The notes under the pieces are model-generated. The model was not told the origin of the DNA, searched no databases, and was given only the letters and a program-made list of their open reading frames with translations. A stretch of DNA of 64,000 bases, taken from the NCBI RefSeq assembly GCF_001194135.2, contig NC_069008.1, positions 12,751,044 to 12,815,043 on the forward strand, in the 5' to 3' direction. The position numbers and the translations under genes were made by a program. Below, piece by piece: positions 61,511 to 64,000 of the stretch (the stretch's first letter is position 1; the number at the start of each line of letters is the position of its first letter). Source of the stretch: Octopus bimaculoides. Lineage: Eukaryota.

Positions 61511-62946
61511 CAGTTTTCCATAAACAACCTTGCCCGGACTTGTACCTGGGAGGGTAACTTTCTAGGTGCAATCCCATGGTCAGTAACGACCGAAGGGGGT
61601 CTCAGCATCTCCCTGATGTATGCAAAGTTACTCAAGGGATGTAATTCAGCAGTTAATGGTTAAAGAGATGTGTGGATTTTCTGAAGTATTTTTTATGTTA
61701 CACTATTAATTTACCAACCAAACTGTCATATGAACACTATGGACTTCTTTCCTGCCTTATCCTGAGTGGCGGTTGTCTACCTGTTTACATCGCAACTATT
61801 AACATCTCCCCACAGTCGAAACTTTTCCCTATGTGCTCCATTATGTACTTGTTCATCTCTATACATTGTATAAGCATAAATATACCTTAATATTACCTGA
61901 TATACATTTTGCCTGCCAGTTTATGTACATAGAAACTTGATTAGTACATTGCCTATAGCCAGTCTTTATTTCAAAATCTATCACATCCCTACATTTGAAA
62001 ACTGGACGTTTAGACACTAATTCGAACTGAGCACTGACTATGTATCCCCATTGTCTCATGTCATACAACGTCCTATTTTCTGTAATTTCTTTATGCATAT
62101 AAGTTTTTATGTACATATTAATGTATGTATGTAGGGATCGATAGAGAGGAGAGATGAACATATATAATAAATAATCAGGGGAACTAACTCTCACCTATCA
62201 AAGAAAAAAACATTTTTCTCATGCAGTCTATCAGACATCAGTTATGTCTATAATTACGGTACTTGGCTGTCAGTAACTATACCATACAACTGACTGTGTT
62301 AAGAAAAAGCTGTGTTGATTAACAAGTGATATGTTATTTTGCAACGTTGAAATACAAATGACGTCTGTTATTATCTTGTCATGAAAGAAATAAAAAAACC
62401 AAGCTAACTAAAGCTACATATCTAATGGGATGGCCCCCTAGAAATTTCTAGACGCACAGATCCGTTGGCTTATTTCCCATTATAAAACACAATGCTTCAG
62501 ACTGGAAGATCTCCGTCAGGATATGCTAGAATGATGGGAGACGACAAATGAGTAATTTTCTATTAGATCTGTTGAAACAAAATAGTGATAGACACAGAGA
62601 AAGGTGACACACTGCAAGTGATAAATGACTTATGTTAAGACAAACAAAAATGCCACAAAGCATTTTGTCCAGCATGCTAACATTTCTGCCAGCCCACCAT
62701 ATTACAGAGTGCAATATTAATAAATTTTATTCCAAGGAACATAAAACCGATTTTCGTTTCGTTTCCCATGCACAGCGTTTTCTATTTTATACGTGCCCTC
62801 ATATTTACACAGTTCACGCTGTTGGTATATAGTTGTTTACAGCTCTTTCCGTTGTTTCCGAAGCGATGGAAGTCATGTTGTTATGATAGTAGTATTAGAA
62901 GTTGGTATAAGATAAATTGTCTTTACTGGAATAGACCAAACCATAA

Positions 62947-63140
62947 CGGAATCATGATGTAAGCACCTGCTAAAACCCCTCATAACCTTTATTTTTACGA
63001 ACTTTTACAATTTCTTTTCGATTCTGTCTTCTGCATTGTGGAATTGATATGACTATGCAAAAAAGAAAAAAATTAAAATTCCCCAAACTCCTTTGTAAAA
63101 ATAAAGTTATGAGGCTTTGATACGTGCTTACATAATTCCG
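62947..63140. repeat. Imperfect inverted repeat (~50-bp arms), MITE-like
   Basis: 62947-63000 pairs with 63091-63140 (cggaat..atgtaagcac..cctcataac..tttatttttac). Confidence 0.6.
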
Positions 63141-64000
63141 CCGAAATATTTTATGCAGGTGGGTGCGTATGTGATCTTTTGAAATTCTGAAACCTCAAAT
63201 ATCTATGAGTCGTTGCTAAGTTGAAATAAAGTTTACTGTCCTCATTTTCTGCGAAAATCTAATGTAAAGGGATTGTCTCCATACTGCTAAATACACACGC
63301 ATATATAGTAATAACGAAAATGACACGTGGATAGAAGATTTAGACTTTAATGTATTGCAACATAGAAAATATTGAACAAACAATGTGAGAGTAACAAAAT
63401 AAGGTGGTCGTAAGATATGCTAGAAACAACAGCCAAATCATAAATCAATCACCTGGCTTAAGAATCCCATAAAACTAATTTTGTGAATGTATTCTCCACA
63501 CCTGAGTGTGTACAATTACGAGAAAAAAGATTTGTTGCGTGACTTGGGCAATCTAGCTATCATCTCGAGCACAACTTACGACCTCCTGATTTAATGCGCG
63601 GTCCACTGCTGGGATTTATGGAAAATCTAAAAGAAAGGAAGTTTTAGGATTCATGGGAGGGCGGGGAGCTAAAATTCTTTCGTCTTTAGCAGCATAAATG
63701 GCAAATGCCGAACTACTTACGTAATCATATGAATCTTTCGCGAAAATTTCAAATGGGGTGCTAAGAATCGATCAGAAGATGAAAAAATAAAAATTTCAAA
63801 ACTTATAATAAAAGAAAAGGTGCCATCATTTCGAAAGCTGTGGGAAAAAGGAAAAATTCCAGTCAAAACTAACGTGTGTCCTTCATCTTGACTATAGGTT
63901 TAAGTAGAACTTTACGAAAAAATTTAGAGGCCCTGAAAAGGGCCGTTGGGCTAAAGCAGTAGCTTCATTATTTCCAATTTAGGCTCTCTCACCACGGATA

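Overview
AT-rich animal genomic DNA with five N-gaps. The repeat families and gene type point to an octopus/coleoid cephalopod; this is inferred from recognition, not from a database search. The window holds a tandem cluster of six multi-finger C2H2 zinc-finger (ZNF) loci, which I label with my own names. Subfamily A: A1 5519-6889 (+, 16 fingers, first degenerate), A2 17067-18179 (-, 13 fingers) and A3 24986-~25570 (+, pseudogene). Subfamily B: B1 ~34096-34972 (+, start in a gap, 10 fingers, last degenerate), B2 42879-43931 (+, 12 fingers) and B3 56938-57831 (+, 10 fingers plus fossil fingers after the stop). Each ORF is fingers only, with no KRAB, ZAD, BTB or SCAN domain, and lies in one large last exon. 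Paralog comparison reveals conserved non-coding first exons with splice donors, a conserved CCAAT+TATA promoter in subfamily B, a conserved 109-bp 5' intron in subfamily A, and a conserved short uORF after the last acceptor. The remainder is dense transposon debris: RTE-type LINE 3' ends with (GAT)n tails, several tRNA-derived SINE families, Penelope-like elements of three types (some termini carry hammerhead-like cores), HERO-like LINE remnants, an internally deleted mariner, Tigger/pogo and maT transposase fragments, MITEs (hAT, piggyBac, Tc1, one with a 9-bp TSD), foldback elements and a Helitron-like end. No rRNA, authentic tRNA or CRISPR array was seen. TE boundaries are approximate unless TIRs or TSDs are quoted.
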